Positions 53,854 through 64,000 of a DNA stretch of 64,000 bases are shown here, piece by piece. Position numbers and translations under genes: made by a program. This DNA is from Histomonas meleagridis 2922-C6/04-290x (Eukaryota; Protista; Parabasalia), in the NCBI GenBank assembly GCA_020184695.1, contig JAANOX010000159.1, positions 62,001 through 126,000 on the forward strand. Direction: 5' to 3'. The notes below the pieces were generated by a model. The model was not told where the DNA came from, did no database searches, and saw nothing but the letters and a program-made list of their open reading frames with translations. Each line of letters begins with the position of its first letter. Position 1 is the stretch's first letter.

Positions 53854-55326
53854 TTATTCCATAGTTCTTGTTCTTAATATTGCAGCTCTATAGTCCTCCG
53901 GCAAGTAATCCAAGTCCTCCTCCTTCAGCACGCCCTTTGGCAAATATTTCACTGCCTCAGGTCCCATTGCCAATATGTGATTAATTACCAATTTTCTTCT
54001 TTCTTCGTTTAATATTCTTTGTCTTTCTTCTTCTCTCTGCTGTTCGATCTGTAACTTTCTTAGTTCTTGTTGTTTAGCTGCTTCGTACATTTCCTTCTTC
54101 TGTACGATTTGTCTAGCTAATTCTCTTCTGAACTTTTCAATTCTTATTCTGTTTTGTTCTTGCTCAACTTCTTCTAATTTTGCGATTCGTTTTTGTTCCT
54201 CTGCAATTTGTTGTCTTAATCTAAGTTCTTCTTGTCGATTTCTTCTTGCTTGTTCTGCTTTAGCTCGATAAGATTCCTCAGCAAACCTTTTACTTTCTTC
54301 AATTTGCTGTCTGATCTTTCTTGCTTCAGCTTCTTCGCGTTCTTTTAACCTTTGTAACTCTTGTTGCTCTGCAAGTTCAATACAAAGTTGTTCATATTGT
54401 TCCTTTTCATCTCGCTCACGCTTGATGTTATACGCTATACGATCTGCAATTCCTTGTCTCGCTAAGTCGCGTCGCTTTTGTTCTTCTTTGGCTCGCGCTA
54501 AGCGCTCGTCAACATCAATCGAGAATTGGATCATTCGTTGGTTCTCTTCTTCTTCGCGTCGTTTCTCTTCAGCTTTGATGCGTTGGCGCGCCTCCATAAA
54601 GTCACGCATCTCTTGCTGCGCGCGTTGTTGCTTTTGCTGATATCGCTCATGTGCAATTCGATCTTCTTCTTGTACTCGTCGAACTATTTCATCGACTTGT
54701 TTACGATCTCGTTCGGCTTCGGCTGCTTTAAGAAGTTGGCGTCGTTGCTCTTGGTATTTAAGTTGGTCTTGAATATACTTTCGATTGGCTAAGGATTCAA
54801 TTCGTTTGGCTTCTTCTTCAGCATTACGCTGCTCTTCTTCACGTCTATAATGACGCATCATCTCTTCTTCGGTCTCAAGACGTTCTTGCTCTTCCATTTG
54901 CCGTCGGATTTGATGCTCTTTGATTTGATTATCTCGCGCTTGTGTGACTAATGCAAGATTGAGTTTACTTTGGAGTTCACGATATTCTGGATCGTTCTCG
55001 CGTAATACACCACGCATGGCTTGGTCGCGAATTTCTGCTTGTTGCTGGTCATGAAGTGCTTTGGCTATCGCATCTTGTTCTTGAGCAAGACGTGCACGCT
55101 CTTGACGCTCACGTTGTTGATTGTAAAGTCGCTCTGCCATCTCATATTCTTGGTTAGCTTGTCTTTGTCTAGCCATCTTTTGTTTCATGGCAGCTCGATC
55201 AGATTCTTCTTGCATACGGTTTAACATTTCTGCTCTATTGGTGAAATTGTTATTATACATCATTGCATTTTGGTTACGCGTTTGATAACGCCGCTCGTAC
55301 ATTTCCCTTGTAACTCTTCGAGTCAT
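53854..55326 (-). CDS. MNS1: MNS1-like axonemal TPH-domain coiled-coil protein
   Basis: R/E/Q-rich helix; C-terminal EERRKLV..H...YLPKGVLKEEDL resembles MNS1. Likely ATG at 55326. Confidence 0.7.
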   Translation of the reverse strand: MTRRVTREMYERRYQTRNQNAMMYNNNFTNRAEMLNRMQEESDRAAMKQKMARQRQANQEYEMAERLYNQQRERQERARLAQEQDAIAKALHDQQQAEIRDQAMRGVLRENDPEYRELQSKLNLALVTQARDNQIKEHQIRRQMEEQERLETEEEMMRHYRREEEQRNAEEEAKRIESLANRKYIQDQLKYQEQRRQLLKAAEAERDRKQVDEIVRRVQEEDRIAHERYQQKQQRAQQEMRDFMEARQRIKAEEKRREEEENQRMIQFSIDVDERLARAKEEQKRRDLARQGIADRIAYNIKRERDEKEQYEQLCIELAEQQELQRLKEREEAEARKIRQQIEESKRFAEESYRAKAEQARRNRQEELRLRQQIAEEQKRIAKLEEVEQEQNRIRIEKFRRELARQIVQKKEMYEAAKQQELRKLQIEQQREEERQRILNEERRKLVINHILAMGPEAVKYLPKGVLKEEDLDYLPEDYRAAILRTRTME

Positions 55327-55618
55327 TTTTGGAAATAACGTACGAAACCGATAGAACAAATTCAAAGAGCCGATAACTGAAAATGTAAATTTACAAAAAG
55401 AAAGAAAAATCATCACAACCCTTGTCATGGCTTATTTTACATATCCACAAAAAATAAAAATCTTGAATTCTATCCAATTTCATTTCTTTTTTAAGTTGTA
55501 ATTGACATTTTTAATCATTATAAAATATCACATTTTTCTGTATTTCATATTTTGATATATAAACTTATAAAAACAAATAAACACATTTATTGATATGTCA
55601 ATTTTCATTTTAAAACAT

Positions 55619-56404
55619 TCAAAAGTCAGAAAATATGGTAAATGTACAAGGAGAAAGTTCACACGGAATTAGGGCGCAAGCTATTTGTGCATCTAACAGA
55701 TCATGGTACCTAATATAAAGTGTGTTATCGATGAGTTTCGTTTTGTCTATTGTTCCATATGAGTTTGCTCGAGCAATTATTTGATTCGGAGAAAAAGCTC
55801 GTTTTATCATTAAATCATGCCGTGAGTCGCGAACAACAATTGCTCCTGCAACTACACTAAATTTTTTCTTGATAAGACGTGCAGCTCGAAATGCGCTATT
55901 GGAATTCTCAAATGTTAAAGCATGGATTTCTTGTCCATTACGATCAAATTTCTCTGCCTTGAGGAAATTGGGAAATTTAGTAATTTGTTTGAGTATTTTT
56001 GAACTTTGTGGATTTTTGACAAATACTATTGATTCTTCTTCAGAAGGCGGGAAAGATAACTCCGAAATTTTTTGTTTGGAAACTAATGAGAAGGATTCAA
56101 TATATTCTTCATAATTTTTGAAGAGATGTATTTCAACAGGAAGATTATTAAAAGTCATGTTTCTAAGTCTTCGAACCTGAACTTTTTTAACAGGTTGAAT
56201 TGTGTGAACAAAAACCGACCCGGTAGTTTGTAGAGAATAGTTTTTGATTAATTGAATATCGAAAACTTCAACTTTTAATCCATCTTCAACATATGCAAAA
56301 ACATCAGAAGACGAGACATGTAATCTTGGATCAAATTGTAATTTAAGTAATGATCCTGAATTTAATGGTGGTGTTGGAGGAGTATAAACTTCAAAGCCTT
56401 CCAT
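55619..56404 (-). CDS. Divergent multi-RRM-like protein
   Basis: TGSVFV..LRNMTFNNLPVEI, VFVKN, ALTFENSNSAFRA, YGTI...LYIRY. Confidence 0.5.
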   Translation of the reverse strand: MEGFEVYTPPTPPLNSGSLLKLQFDPRLHVSSSDVFAYVEDGLKVEVFDIQLIKNYSLQTTGSVFVHTIQPVKKVQVRRLRNMTFNNLPVEIHLFKNYEEYIESFSLVSKQKISELSFPPSEEESIVFVKNPQSSKILKQITKFPNFLKAEKFDRNGQEIHALTFENSNSAFRAARLIKKKFSVVAGAIVVRDSRHDLMIKRAFSPNQIIARANSYGTIDKTKLIDNTLYIRYHDLLDAQIACALIPCELSPCTFTIFSDF

Positions 56405-56480
56405 TTATATTTCACATCAAATGTCATCAACAGTCGTTAACGGCTTCGACGGTTAACAACGGTTTGGTCGACCTTTTGCA

Positions 56481-57131
56481 ATGAAGGCACAACGCTGCAC
56501 AAAGGTACGCCGTATCATCGAAACAGGTCTTTTCTATGCTGAACTTAATGAACTTTTCACACGTGAATTAGCTGCTGATGGTTATGGTGGCTGCGAAGTT
56601 CGTACAACACCATCCCGTACAGAAATCATCATCAAGGCCTCCAACACAAAACTCTTTGTTGATAACAATGGTCGCCGCCTCCAAGAAATCCGCATGATGG
56701 TTTTAAAGAGATGGCACATCAAGGATGATCAACTTGAAATCTTCATCGATCGTATCCAACGCCGTGGTCTTTCTGCCCTCAACCAACTTGAATCACTTCG
56801 TTTCAAGCTTGTCAATCGTATCCCAGCTCGTCGTGCTGCTTATTCCATCATCCGTTTTGTCATGGATGCAGGTGCACGTGGTTGCGAAGTTGTTATCTCA
56901 GGTAAGATGAGGTCAGCTCGTGCTGCTGCTATGAAATTCCGTGAAGGTTATATGGTTAAGAGTGGTGATGTATCACAAAAGTATGTATTGAAGGCTGTTG
57001 GTCATATCCCAATGAAGCAAGCCGTTGTTGGTATCCGTGTTCTCATTATGTTGGCACATGATCCACAAGGCATCACTGGTCCACGTGAACCACAACCAGA
57101 TGTCATCAAAGTACACGAAGCCAAAGATTAA
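56481..57131 (+). CDS. RPS3: 40S ribosomal protein S3 (uS3)
   Basis: LFYAELNELFTRELAADGYGGCEVR, GARGCEVVISGK, KFREGYM. Confidence 0.97.
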   Translation: MKAQRCTKVRRIIETGLFYAELNELFTRELAADGYGGCEVRTTPSRTEIIIKASNTKLFVDNNGRRLQEIRMMVLKRWHIKDDQLEIFIDRIQRRGLSALNQLESLRFKLVNRIPARRAAYSIIRFVMDAGARGCEVVISGKMRSARAAAMKFREGYMVKSGDVSQKYVLKAVGHIPMKQAVVGIRVLIMLAHDPQGITGPREPQPDVIKVHEAKD

Positions 57132-57411
57132 ATAAATTAATCTTTTACATAGTTTTGATGGTAAAATTTTCAAAAATAGGGAAAAGGAATAATTTTGGCT
57201 AATTTCAATTTTTTTAATTTTTTCTTTCTTTATCTTTTATTTGTCAATATCAGTGAAACATCAATTCAAAAAAGATTGTAATTCGATTCTTATGCTTTTT
57301 AATATTAATCAACAAAAAAAAAAAATGAGGAAAAAAAAATGTTTTTTTCCCCGTAATACACAGCTAAAAATAAAAAGACAAAGATAATATTTAGTTTATA
57401 TATAAAAAAAA

Positions 57412-58044
57412 TTAATTCTTGTAAAGAAGCCAACATTTTCCTGGTGTTGGTATGCGATCTATTGGCATTTGAAATGATGACAGATCTTTACCGTTCCGAT
57501 TCATTGCAAGTGGATTTGAAGGAGCTTTGTTATATTGAAATACTTTATTAATTGTTAGATTTGGAAATGTATCAGGTGTGGGTGTGTTTGATTTTGCCAG
57601 TAAAAAGAAAGAACCAATTTCTGCTCCTTTCAAACGTTTGAAAATTGTTTTTGTTGGTGGAGATGGCGGATAAATATGGAGATGCCAATGGAATTTTGAT
57701 CCAAAAATTAATCCCTTTTGAATCAAAGCAACAAACTCATTTTGTGTTAATGGTGCTGCTTTAAAAGCTGGTTCTAAAAAAATTGATTGAATGAATTTAA
57801 AATCCTTTTTTAAAAAAATTGCAAAAAATGTATAATTCACAACCATACGATCATCATATAATATAAGCCCAATAGGAGCAAGTTGAGTGGGTAATTTTTT
57901 AGATTCTAATGTAAATATGACTATTTTTTCAATAATAAAAAGAAGTTTATCAATATTTGTCTTATGCCGACTAGCAAAGGTAATGGTTGCAAGAGATTTT
58001 TTTAAATTTAGATAAAATGTGTCTTTTTGGTTCAAACCAATCAT
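57412..58044 (-). CDS. Hypothetical protein
   Basis: 210-aa ATG-initiated ORF; no motif recognised. Confidence 0.55.
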   Translation of the reverse strand: MIGLNQKDTFYLNLKKSLATITFASRHKTNIDKLLFIIEKIVIFTLESKKLPTQLAPIGLILYDDRMVVNYTFFAIFLKKDFKFIQSIFLEPAFKAAPLTQNEFVALIQKGLIFGSKFHWHLHIYPPSPPTKTIFKRLKGAEIGSFFLLAKSNTPTPDTFPNLTINKVFQYNKAPSNPLAMNRNGKDLSSFQMPIDRIPTPGKCWLLYKN

Positions 58045-58266
58045 GTTTTCTTGTCATAGGGAACCCTCATTTTTCACAATTTTCTGAAAAGAATGTTACT
58101 TAACGTACACGAAAACCGTTAATCCAATAAAATGAACTTTTTTGTTCGGAAATTCACACATAATCACATATAATCTAGTCATAAAGCTTACTTACACATT
58201 AACTCATTTATATAGTCTAAATAGTAAAATGCTTTCCAAAACAAAATGAAGAAATTTAAAATTTTA

Positions 58267-58605
58267 TCAGAGCTTACGAAACTTTTTAATCATGCTTATG
58301 CCAAGCTCAGCGCATTTTTGACATGAAATTTTTCCAAGCTTTCGAATTTCATTGCATTTTAGTGAACCTGTCTTTGCTTTGTATTCTTCTTCAGCTGCCT
58401 TCCAATCTGATTCTTTTATTAATGTCTTTGTAATGTAAATAACGCCACATTGTCCTCCTGGAGCCCTTCCAGTTCCAAAACGTTCGACATACTCAATGTC
58501 ATCATCAGAAAATGAAAGAACATCTTGAAGTGCAATGTATATTTTTTGGGCACAGTTAGGCTTTTTTACTTTTGCAAAACAAGATGTTAAACCATGCGAA
58601 AGCAT
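58267..58605 (-). CDS. C_GCAxxG_C_C-family putative redox-active protein
   Basis: NCAQ..FGTGRAPGGQCG..GSLKCNEIR..CQKC cysteine pattern. Confidence 0.7.
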   Translation of the reverse strand: MLSHGLTSCFAKVKKPNCAQKIYIALQDVLSFSDDDIEYVERFGTGRAPGGQCGVIYITKTLIKESDWKAAEEEYKAKTGSLKCNEIRKLGKISCQKCAELGISMIKKFRKL

Positions 58606-58722
58606 AAAGGCACTTAATTTCTTTTAACGTTCTCCGAAATTGTGGCCGAATGGCGCCATTCATCTGATTTAACACAAATTTGATAGAGTTACATTGGGGT
58701 GCCCTAATATTCATTTCTAAAG

Positions 58723-59400
58723 ATGGAATATATTAAAAAATTTATCCCAATTGCATATATAAAAGGAATGATATATTCAATCGAGTCACACCCATTATTC
58801 GAATTGTATACAAAAACGTGCGTAACCATAGAGCCATTAATTCTTGCAATTTCTTCTTATCTCATCATAGAATTTTTCCCGCGCGTAGCATGCGAATACA
58901 GAACTATACATCCCACAGCTCGACAGAAATCTAACAAGTTCAACTTGCTAATTACTATTCTTCCATTTATTGCATGTATTCTTACCATGGGATTGATAAA
59001 ACAACAAAAAATAACAGCAGTTTTATTCACATTCTCCTTCATTTCTATTGGAATTTTCTCAATTTTCCCAGTATTTGTAATAAAGAAGAACCTTTCATAT
59101 GGTTCTTTATTCGGTATAATGGTTTATTTAACAGCAATGTATTACTACAACTATAAATTCATTCTTGGTTTTATCCCAGCAATAGCAATTGGATTAATTT
59201 ATTTCCGTCATGAATCCAAAATTGAAGTTGCAATCAGAAGAGTGCTAAGCTTTGTTTTGCTTTTTGGATACATTGGTTTATCTTTCTCCATCACCCACAA
59301 GTCACAGCTTGCAAGTGCAATTGCTTCATATGTTGGATGTTTCTTTGCTTTTCTCTTCAGCAAGCAGCAGCCAGACAAAGAACATTTGAAAAAACAATAA
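58723..59400 (+). CDS. Multi-pass membrane hypothetical protein
   Basis: About 6-7 hydrophobic segments. Confidence 0.6.
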   Translation: MEYIKKFIPIAYIKGMIYSIESHPLFELYTKTCVTIEPLILAISSYLIIEFFPRVACEYRTIHPTARQKSNKFNLLITILPFIACILTMGLIKQQKITAVLFTFSFISIGIFSIFPVFVIKKNLSYGSLFGIMVYLTAMYYYNYKFILGFIPAIAIGLIYFRHESKIEVAIRRVLSFVLLFGYIGLSFSITHKSQLASAIASYVGCFFAFLFSKQQPDKEHLKKQ

Positions 59401-59763
59401 ATGACCATTTTATTTAACATATTTTAAACATTTTCTTATGTATTCGTCAAGTATGATATATTTTCAGTAGATATTGTACGATATTAAAACATCTGATTTG
59501 GAAAGAAAGCAACGATTCAACACTTTGATTTTTTAAATTAATTAAAAATAATAATCAAATTGTCCCTGAAAAAATTAAAGCCAGATAGGATTTGTTTAAA
59601 TCCAAAGATTCTTCATCACTTTGAATATATGATATGTTGTTTTAAACTTTCCCAAAAAAAGCAAAACATTTTGGGAGCAGCCACTTTTTTTTACAAAGAG
59701 AACAAATTTCAAAAATTTTTGAAGAAAAACAAAAGGAATATTATAAATAAACCTTGGAAGGCC

Positions 59764-60489
59764 ATGCCATCATGTCCTTCCACTCCTAAACCAGAAAATT
59801 CCATAAGGATTGTATGCTATTCTGATACACATGGAAAATACAATACTATTCCACCTGAATTTTCAAATATTGAAGGAGATATTGCTTTATTTGCAGGAGA
59901 TATGTCAAACAAATTGCATGAAAATGATTTGCGTTCTTTTCAAAAATGGTTTTTAGCACTTCCTTGTCAATATAAAATTTTTATTGCAGGAAATCATGAA
60001 TTTTTGCCACGCGAAAAAATCCTAAATGATCCAAATCCATTCCTTAAGCCTGTAGTAAGTACTGTTCCATATATAATTAATGATCCGAATATTATTTATC
60101 TTGAAAATTCGCATACAAAAATTCTTGGAATCAAAATATTCGGATCTCCCTTATCCATGTCATTCTATAGAAGAGATCCAGAGTCAGTCCGATTCAAATA
60201 TATGGATTTGATTGAAGCTGATACAGATATATTTCTTGTTCATGGGCCCCCATATCAAATACTTGATCGTACATATAAAAACATCTGCGCTGGTTCCAAA
60301 ATTCTAAAAAATAAAATTGATAAAATTAAACCATCGTTAGTTGTTTTTGGACATATTCATGAAGCATATGGAGTATTAAATATAGGTCAAACATTATATG
60401 TAAACGCATCTTTGTGTAATAAAAAGAAAAGAATTATTAATCCGCCAGTTGTTGTTGATATGATTCCAACAAATAGAGAAATAAATTGA
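59764..60489 (+). CDS. Calcineurin-like metallophosphoesterase (MPPED-like)
   Basis: SDTH, AGD, IAGNHE, VHGPP, FGHIHE. Start uncertain (in-frame upstream to 59560). Confidence 0.85.
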   Translation: MPSCPSTPKPENSIRIVCYSDTHGKYNTIPPEFSNIEGDIALFAGDMSNKLHENDLRSFQKWFLALPCQYKIFIAGNHEFLPREKILNDPNPFLKPVVSTVPYIINDPNIIYLENSHTKILGIKIFGSPLSMSFYRRDPESVRFKYMDLIEADTDIFLVHGPPYQILDRTYKNICAGSKILKNKIDKIKPSLVVFGHIHEAYGVLNIGQTLYVNASLCNKKKRIINPPVVVDMIPTNREIN

Positions 60490-61044
60490 TAGAGCTTTTA
60501 ATATAAAGGATAGTTTAATCAGAGCAATGTAAGCGAAAAGAAATCACAAAAAATGAACCTTAATTAAATCAAACCAAATGTATATATATACCTTAATAAA
60601 TATAATTTTGCGCTAAATTTTTTCATAATGGGATCGACGGATTAATTTCCATCCATAAGAAACCCCTTCCACCCATATTTTTTTACTCAAAATATAATGC
60701 ATACTACCACTTCATATTGAAATTAAGCTTAGTGATATTTTAACAAATTTATAAAATGATAAACTGGCCATGATCTTGAGATTATTCACATGGTCCAAAA
60801 AACGTAAACACAAATAGCCAAGTTGATATTTTAATTAAACTTTGAGAATGCAATTTTAGTTAATGTTTTTATTAAAGTTTGAGAATTTTGGAGATTTTGT
60901 GTATTTTATTTATCCAAAAAAGCAGGGGCGCATAGGGATTTTTCAGGTGACTGTTAATTAAACACTTCTATCGTTATTTGGGGGTGGCCCCATTTAGAGT
61001 ATACTCTATGGAGAACGTTTATTGTCCCACCTGACCATTTATAA

Positions 61045-62400
61045 ATGGAGATACCAATTAACAAGCAAGAAACTGATATTACACCCACTCCACTCGAACG
61101 TATTGGAGCACATTCACATATCCGTGGTTTAGGTCTTTCAGATATATTGGCACCACGTCAAGATTCGGAAGGTCTTGTTGGACAAAACAATGCAAGAAAA
61201 GCTTTAGGCGTTGTTTTAAGAATGATCAAAAGCGGGAAAATTGCAGGACGTGTAATTCTTCTAGCTGGACCACCAGGGACAGGTAAAACGGCGTTAGCGC
61301 ATGCATTATCCAAATCACTTGGTCCTGATACACCATTCACATCTATTACAGGTAGTGAAGTTTTTTCACTTGAAATGAACAAAACCGAAGCCCTTACACA
61401 AGCATTACGTCAATCGATTGGTGTCAAAATACATGAAGTTACAGAAGTTTGTGAAGGTGAAGTTGTAGAAATTGAAATCCAACCACCGTCCGGGGAAAAA
61501 GCGCAACGTACTGGTAGCATCACATTAAAGACCACTGATATGGAATCTGTATTTGATTTAGGACCACGTATGATTGATCAAATTACACGCCTCAAAATCG
61601 AAATAGGTGACGTCATATCCATTGACACATCAACAGGTAATATGACCCGACTTGGTCGTTCATTTGCACATGCGCAAGATTTTGATGCAACAGGTCCTCG
61701 AATGCAATTTGTGCACACCCCAGATGGAGAACTTAAAACCAAGAAAGAGACTGTCCACACTCTTACGCTCCACGAGATTGATGTTGTCAATTCCCGAAAC
61801 CAAGGCTTCCTGGCACTTTTTTCGGGTGACACGGGTGAAATCAAACCGGAAATTCGTGATCATGTCGACAAGCAAGTCGAGCAATGGCAAGACGAGAAGC
61901 GAGCCGAACTTATTCCAGGCGTTCTATTCATCGATGAAGTCCATATGCTCGATATCGAATGTTTCTCATTTCTTAACAGAGCTATGGAAAGTCCATCAGC
62001 GCCAATTATCATCATGGCAAGTAATAGAGGTAATACTAAAGTCCGCGGAACAAATGAAATCGGACCGCATGGAATTCCTTATGATATGTTACAAAGGACT
62101 TTAATTATACCAACAAACACATATACAGAAAAAGAGTTAAAGAAGATTCTCATCAAAAGATGTGAAGAAGAAGACGTGACAATGTCGAAAGAAGCATTAA
62201 AGACATTAACAGTTTATGCGAAGTTAAGATCTTTAAGATATGCAATGCAATTAATTACAACTTCGTCGTTGATTGCTGCAAGACATAAAAATAAGGAAGT
62301 GATGACAGACGACGTAAATAAGGCAGCTGCTTTGTTCATCGATAAGAGTCAATCGTCGGAATTCTTGGCACAAAGTTCGACATATATAACTGCTGATTAA
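61045..62400 (+). CDS. RUVBL2: RuvB-like helicase 2 (Rvb2/reptin)
   Basis: ERIGAHSHIRGLGL, GPPGTGKT, FIDEVHMLD. Confidence 0.95.
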   Translation: MEIPINKQETDITPTPLERIGAHSHIRGLGLSDILAPRQDSEGLVGQNNARKALGVVLRMIKSGKIAGRVILLAGPPGTGKTALAHALSKSLGPDTPFTSITGSEVFSLEMNKTEALTQALRQSIGVKIHEVTEVCEGEVVEIEIQPPSGEKAQRTGSITLKTTDMESVFDLGPRMIDQITRLKIEIGDVISIDTSTGNMTRLGRSFAHAQDFDATGPRMQFVHTPDGELKTKKETVHTLTLHEIDVVNSRNQGFLALFSGDTGEIKPEIRDHVDKQVEQWQDEKRAELIPGVLFIDEVHMLDIECFSFLNRAMESPSAPIIIMASNRGNTKVRGTNEIGPHGIPYDMLQRTLIIPTNTYTEKELKKILIKRCEEEDVTMSKEALKTLTVYAKLRSLRYAMQLITTSSLIAARHKNKEVMTDDVNKAAALFIDKSQSSEFLAQSSTYITAD

Positions 62401-62589
62401 TTAATTAAACGTAAAATTTTGTCACTTTTGTTTGATGTGAATGTAAAATCTATAAAATTTGAAAACAAATTTATGTTTAAACATTATAATATAATGTGAC
62501 TGATTCTTCATGTTTCGAGACACAATATTTTACTGTAAGTTATATGTTACGAACTAAAACTCTTGCTATAACTTATTCGAATGAATATG

Positions 62590-63460
62590 ATGAAAGAAAT
62601 AATTATAAATGAATCCGAATATGTTATTATTGAGGGTGGTGCTGAGGAAATAACATAAAATGTTTTAATTCATGTAAATAATTAAAATCAATGAAATAGG
62701 TTAAGTTACAACTGTTGAAAATAATGTATTTTTTTAATGTTTTAATTAGCGACAGTTTTCATGAGAAAATGTAACAGCAATTGGATGTTTTGTATTTCTG
62801 TTATGCTATCATTAATAAATATTACAATTTAAAAATCGTTAACATCAATTGGTTTAAATCCTTTTGGAATTCTTCATAATAAATATTATACAATAATTAA
62901 ATGTTATCCAATTGGAATTTCTAATGATAGGTTTGTAATAACAATTTCAGTTACTATAATTACATATTATGGATTTTATTCATGTTCAAGCTTAGCAACA
63001 GATTTCATTAAAGATGCAACAACAATTGGAAATAATACATTTTCTTGTTGTAATAATTTAACATGTATTTATTATACAGGTTATGAATCATCAACTGACA
63101 TAAGTTAGAATGCCTTTGTTAATGTAAATAAGCAATATGCGATAACATCATATTTATATCAATATACAACATTTGATTCGCTTACTGTATCGAAATGTGT
63201 GTTAGTTGAAGAATGTTCTTTATATGTCTGACTAACACATACATTGACTAAATCAAATACATTTACAGAATCATTACATGTTGTTGTAACATCTATTCAA
63301 ACCTTGATTTATACACAAACAATTACACAAATAGTTCTTTCCAAAATTATTTTCACAAATGTTATTACTCCTTCGATGTTTAACTCATTTTATTCTTATA
63401 TTGAAACGAAATTTATTTCATATGTTCATATCATATATTACATGTTATTCTGCTTTTTAT
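62590..63460 (+). pseudogene. Degenerate BspA/TpLRR leucine-rich repeat remnant
   Basis: Fragments YVIIEGGAEEI, VTTVENNVF, IGNNTFSCCNNLTCIYYTG, with many stops. Confidence 0.55.
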
Positions 63461-63466
63461 GCAATT

Positions 63467-63760
63467 ATTAATATTGAAAAATATAATGTACAGGAAAATT
63501 ACTAAAATAATGTTTACATGATGCAAATGCTTCACTATTTATATTTTCAACTGATTCTCCAATTATTACTGATGTTAATAAAGGCCATTCTCTGAATACA
63601 TCACTTACAAGCTCTCCAACATTAATAATTATAACACGTTCTGTAGCATTTATATACTCTTTTTAAAGATCATTGAATCAGATATTGTGAGTATTTTTGT
63701 CTCTGCTTCATATGATTGCTTTGTATTAACAAAAAATATAATCAATAAAATTGGAATAAC
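63467..63760 (-). pseudogene. Frameshifted BspA-like LRR fragment
   Basis: SYEAETKILTISDS..(frameshift)..FREWPLLTSVIIGESVENINSEAFASCK. Confidence 0.6.
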
Positions 63761-63845
63761 TTTGATTTTTTGATGAATGCTTTTTTGATTAAAATAAATT
63801 TTGGAAAAGAAAGTAAAAACAAAAAATATAAATACAAACAAAGTC

Positions 63846-64000
63846 ATGTTTGCACATGCCGAAGTAATTAATGCAAATTTAGGAGTTAAATGTATATAAT
63901 ATATTTTAATAATTTATTATTTCAAAATAATATTTGGAAATTATATAAATTATTTTGGAAAGCACTTATGTTTGCATCTTATAATGGTCATACAGAAATA
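63846..64000 (+). other. Start of an interrupted ankyrin locus at the right edge
   Basis: MFAHAEVINANLGVKCI* followed by an AT-rich spacer, then WKALMFASYNGHTEI running off the window. Confidence 0.55.

Overview
This is AT-rich, gene-dense eukaryotic DNA that looks parabasalid (Trichomonas/Histomonas/Tritrichomonas-like). That call is an inference from the almost intron-free genes, AAAGTGAC and Inr-like promoter motifs, BspA and ankyrin remnants, flagellar MNS1 and a pentaloop SRP RNA. The window holds about 38 protein-coding genes, mostly housekeeping: HBS1, Xaa-Pro peptidase, Rab1, SCAR/WAVE, P4-ATPase, TrxR, BUD23, archease, ATG16-like, eIF4E, RICTOR, TRM7, TAF12, an exosome subunit, TPI, RPS3 and RUVBL2. 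It also has an SRP RNA, tRNA-Ile(UAU), an intron-containing tRNA-Tyr(GUA), a Tc1-type transposon relic and several pseudogenes. No CRISPR, rRNA or prophage was seen. The most striking observation is missing from the ORF track: an ankyrin-repeat gene at 51777-52590 (-). Its stop-free coding blocks are separated by five U-rich 17/34-nt inserts that lack GT-AG ends, plus one 23-nt GT-AG intron. Removing all six gives a 223-aa protein with exact 33-aa ankyrin periodicity, which suggests non-canonical micro-introns or another RNA-processing/recoding system. Other leads are a recurrent GGG-NN-CCC promoter palindrome, an Hsp70-like protein with a 7/15-residue repeat stalk, a RICTOR with a villin-headpiece-like tail, and a kinase apparently starting at UUG. 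All assignments come from manual reading and motif recognition; no database searches were run.
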